This document shows, piece after piece, positions 32,906 through 34,642 of a DNA stretch of 34,642 bases (position 1 is its first letter; the number at the start of each line of letters is the position of its first letter). The DNA is from a virus (Duplodnaviria > Caudoviricetes). The position numbers and the translations under genes were made by a program. The stretch is taken from IMG/VR virus record IMGVR_UViG_3300034148_000022, positions 1 through 34,642 of that record; one strand, 5' to 3'. The notes under the pieces were generated by a model. That model searched no databases. It had not been told where the DNA came from and saw nothing but the letters and a program-made list of their open reading frames with translations.

Positions 32906-34642
32906 ATGGCCCTCGCACCCATCCCGGCTGTCCCCGATGCGGAGCGGCGCACCCGCTATGTGCTGACCGCGGCGTCGACCGCGTCGATGCAGGTGGGCTT
33001 TGCCATCTGGGCCAGCGGAAGCGACTACGCCAACTGGGTCGAGGTCTGGCAAGACGGCGTCAAGCTGGCGACCAACCAGTGGTCATTGTCCTCCCCGTCG
33101 GGGCCGCTCGCGAACCTCCCTCGCCCGATCACCAATGCCGTCGTCAACCCGCTCCTGCCTGTCTCGGGGACGATCGACATCGTTGGTGCGGAGCGGCCCC
33201 GGCGACCCATCCAGTGGACCGAGGGCGTCGGCGTCCCGGCGCGCGACCATAACCGCGCCTATGCCGATCACACCGCGATCGACCGCGAGTTCTGGGATAC
33301 CTTCCGGCGCACGCTGCGCGGCGCACCAGGCGAAAGCATCAACCCGATTCCGCCGGTTGCCATCCGCAAGACCAAGGCGCTGGGCTTCGACACCGCCGGC
33401 CATCCGGTCGTTTCCGACACGTCGATGGCGGACCTCGATAGCCTGTGGGATCTGATCAAGTATCTCGAGGCGGTGCTGGCCGGGGCGCAGAAGGGCAATC
33501 CCAACATCGTCGTCCTGAGTTCGGTCGACGCGCTGCGCAGTCTCACCATCGAAACCGTCACGGCCACGATGGCGACGGTGCAGTCACATACATTCGGCAC
33601 CGACAAGGGCGGCGGGATGTTCCGCCATGACGTCGACGACACGACCAGCGCCGACGACAACGGCCTGATCATCGTCGACGGGTCAGCGCGGCGGTGGAAG
33701 CGCATCGTCGGGACTTACGCCAACCTCGACATGTTCGGCAGTCCCACCGCGACGGCGGACAAGGAAGCCGGGATTGCCGCCTGCTTTGCGCAGCGCATTC
33801 CGATGCTGATCACGGAAAACGGCGGGGGCAACCTTCCACTCAAATTGAAGATCGACCCGCTGGTCGGCACCGTCAACGATCGCGAAGCCTGGCAGAAGAT
33901 CCATGACGCGCTTGAATGGGCGGCGCGCTGCAGCAAGAAAGGCAAGGGCGACCTCGAGGTCCACATCTTCACGGCCAACGAGGGGCCGATCCCGGTCTAT
34001 GGCCAGTACATCCACGTCCATACCAATCTCGGGGGCAACGACATCGGCACGCTGTCCGTCTCGATGCCGGCGCCGCTGCTCACCAAGATGGACCTTGCCG
34101 ATGCCGGCAGCGTGACCTTTCAGGCGCGCCGCTCCGCGGTCAGCCAGATCTACATGCACCCGTCGCAGACTGGCAAAGGCTACACGGTGGCGCCGCTGGT
34201 CACGATCGCGCGCGACACCGCAGCGGGAGACACGACCGGCACTGGGGCGACGGCCACCGCCTTCCTCGACCCGCGCCCCGGCTTTGAGGGCAAGCTCGGC
34301 GGCATCCGAATCGACAACGGGGGATCCCTCTGGACCAAGCCGCCGATCATCACCCTGTCGACGCCGGCCGGGGGGACACCGCCCGAGGTGGAGGCCTCGC
34401 CGCACGTTGGCACCGCGGCCGATCGCGCCGGCATCAACGTGAACATCCAGCAGGCCACGATCTTTGTCCTGAAGCTGCCCGAAAACATTCAGATTGGAAT
34501 GCCGTTCGGTGTTCACGGCTACGGCGGCAGTCAGGACTGCGGCGCGGTCAATGGCTGTCACGTCGTCAAAGGGTTTGCGTTAAACGAGCCGGGCGATGCC
34601 TGGTACGACGACTCCGAAGATGAAGACGGCAACCCCACGGCG
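32906..34642 (+). CDS. Tail fibre/tailspike, 5' part (579 codons in window), runs off the right edge
   Basis: MALAPIPAVPDAERRTRY... anchor-like N-terminus; DKGGGMFRHD...ADDNGLIIV...RRWKR tailspike module; GKGYTVAPLVTI repeat; absent from the ORF track, consistent with no stop in the window. Confidence 0.85.
   Translation, partial: MALAPIPAVPDAERRTRYVLTAASTASMQVGFAIWASGSDYANWVEVWQDGVKLATNQWSLSSPSGPLANLPRPITNAVVNPLLPVSGTIDIVGAERPRRPIQWTEGVGVPARDHNRAYADHTAIDREFWDTFRRTLRGAPGESINPIPPVAIRKTKALGFDTAGHPVVSDTSMADLDSLWDLIKYLEAVLAGAQKGNPNIVVLSSVDALRSLTIETVTATMATVQSHTFGTDKGGGMFRHDVDDTTSADDNGLIIVDGSARRWKRIVGTYANLDMFGSPTATADKEAGIAACFAQRIPMLITENGGGNLPLKLKIDPLVGTVNDREAWQKIHDALEWAARCSKKGKGDLEVHIFTANEGPIPVYGQYIHVHTNLGGNDIGTLSVSMPAPLLTKMDLADAGSVTFQARRSAVSQIYMHPSQTGKGYTVAPLVTIARDTAAGDTTGTGATATAFLDPRPGFEGKLGGIRIDNGGSLWTKPPIITLSTPAGGTPPEVEASPHVGTAADRAGINVNIQQATIFVLKLPENIQIGMPFGVHGYGGSQDCGAVNGCHVVKGFALNEPGDAWYDDSEDEDGNPTA

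Larger units (their letters stand above)
1..34642. mobile_element. Tailed phage/prophage genome segment, podovirus morphotype, BPP-1/epsilon15-like structural module
   Basis: Contiguous terL-portal-scaffold-capsid-cement-tail adaptor-nozzle-three internal virion proteins-fibre order; no tape measure, tail tube or sheath gene; no host housekeeping genes; no integrase or att site seen. Confidence 0.95.

Noticed and set aside
10620-33052. Long minus-strand ORFs (e.g. 16495-18084, 20791-22614, 23055-25289, 28031-30931, 31265-33052) and + strand 21072-22604 and 31933-33252
   Set aside because: Shadow frames of high-GC genes: Arg/Gly/Ala-rich, no motifs, overlapping well-supported structural genes.
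32906-34642. Diversity-generating retroelement, suggested by the BPP-1-like architecture
   Set aside because: No reverse transcriptase and no template/variable repeat pair in the window; the fibre 3' end is outside it, so this cannot be assessed.

Overview
A GC-rich (roughly two-thirds G+C by eye) segment of a tailed phage or prophage genome with podovirus-type, BPP-1/epsilon15-like gene order. An alphaproteobacterial-type host is inferred, not shown. Positions 1-4241 are a leftward early/accessory cluster of nine small genes, including a GP88/radical-SAM-like gene. From 4654 a rightward arm runs: probable terS, HNH endonuclease, about 11 tiny genes, a free-standing beta-helix protein, a nuclease-like gene, terL, portal, scaffold, major capsid, cement protein, two fibre-like proteins, tail adaptor and nozzle, three internal virion proteins, and a tail fibre/spike that runs off the end. 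The most unusual feature is the non-coding DNA of the left arm. Eight genes start behind the same signal, stem-loop + (RCAAC)AUGCGAGGA + 4-8 nt + AUG. The spacers are built from interchangeable modules: a complete type II hammerhead ribozyme with pseudoknot (3176-3235, minus), three covarying long hairpins, four CCCATTGGGT palindrome-plus-hairpin units, and two matched TTGACA-17-TATGTA promoters, each followed by a UUGGC-loop hairpin. A ninth copy of the start signal follows a three-way-junction RNA at 8124-8222. A separate TGTGCGTTGA promoter-like motif occurs four times in the structural region. Product calls come from motif reading and synteny only; no searches were run.
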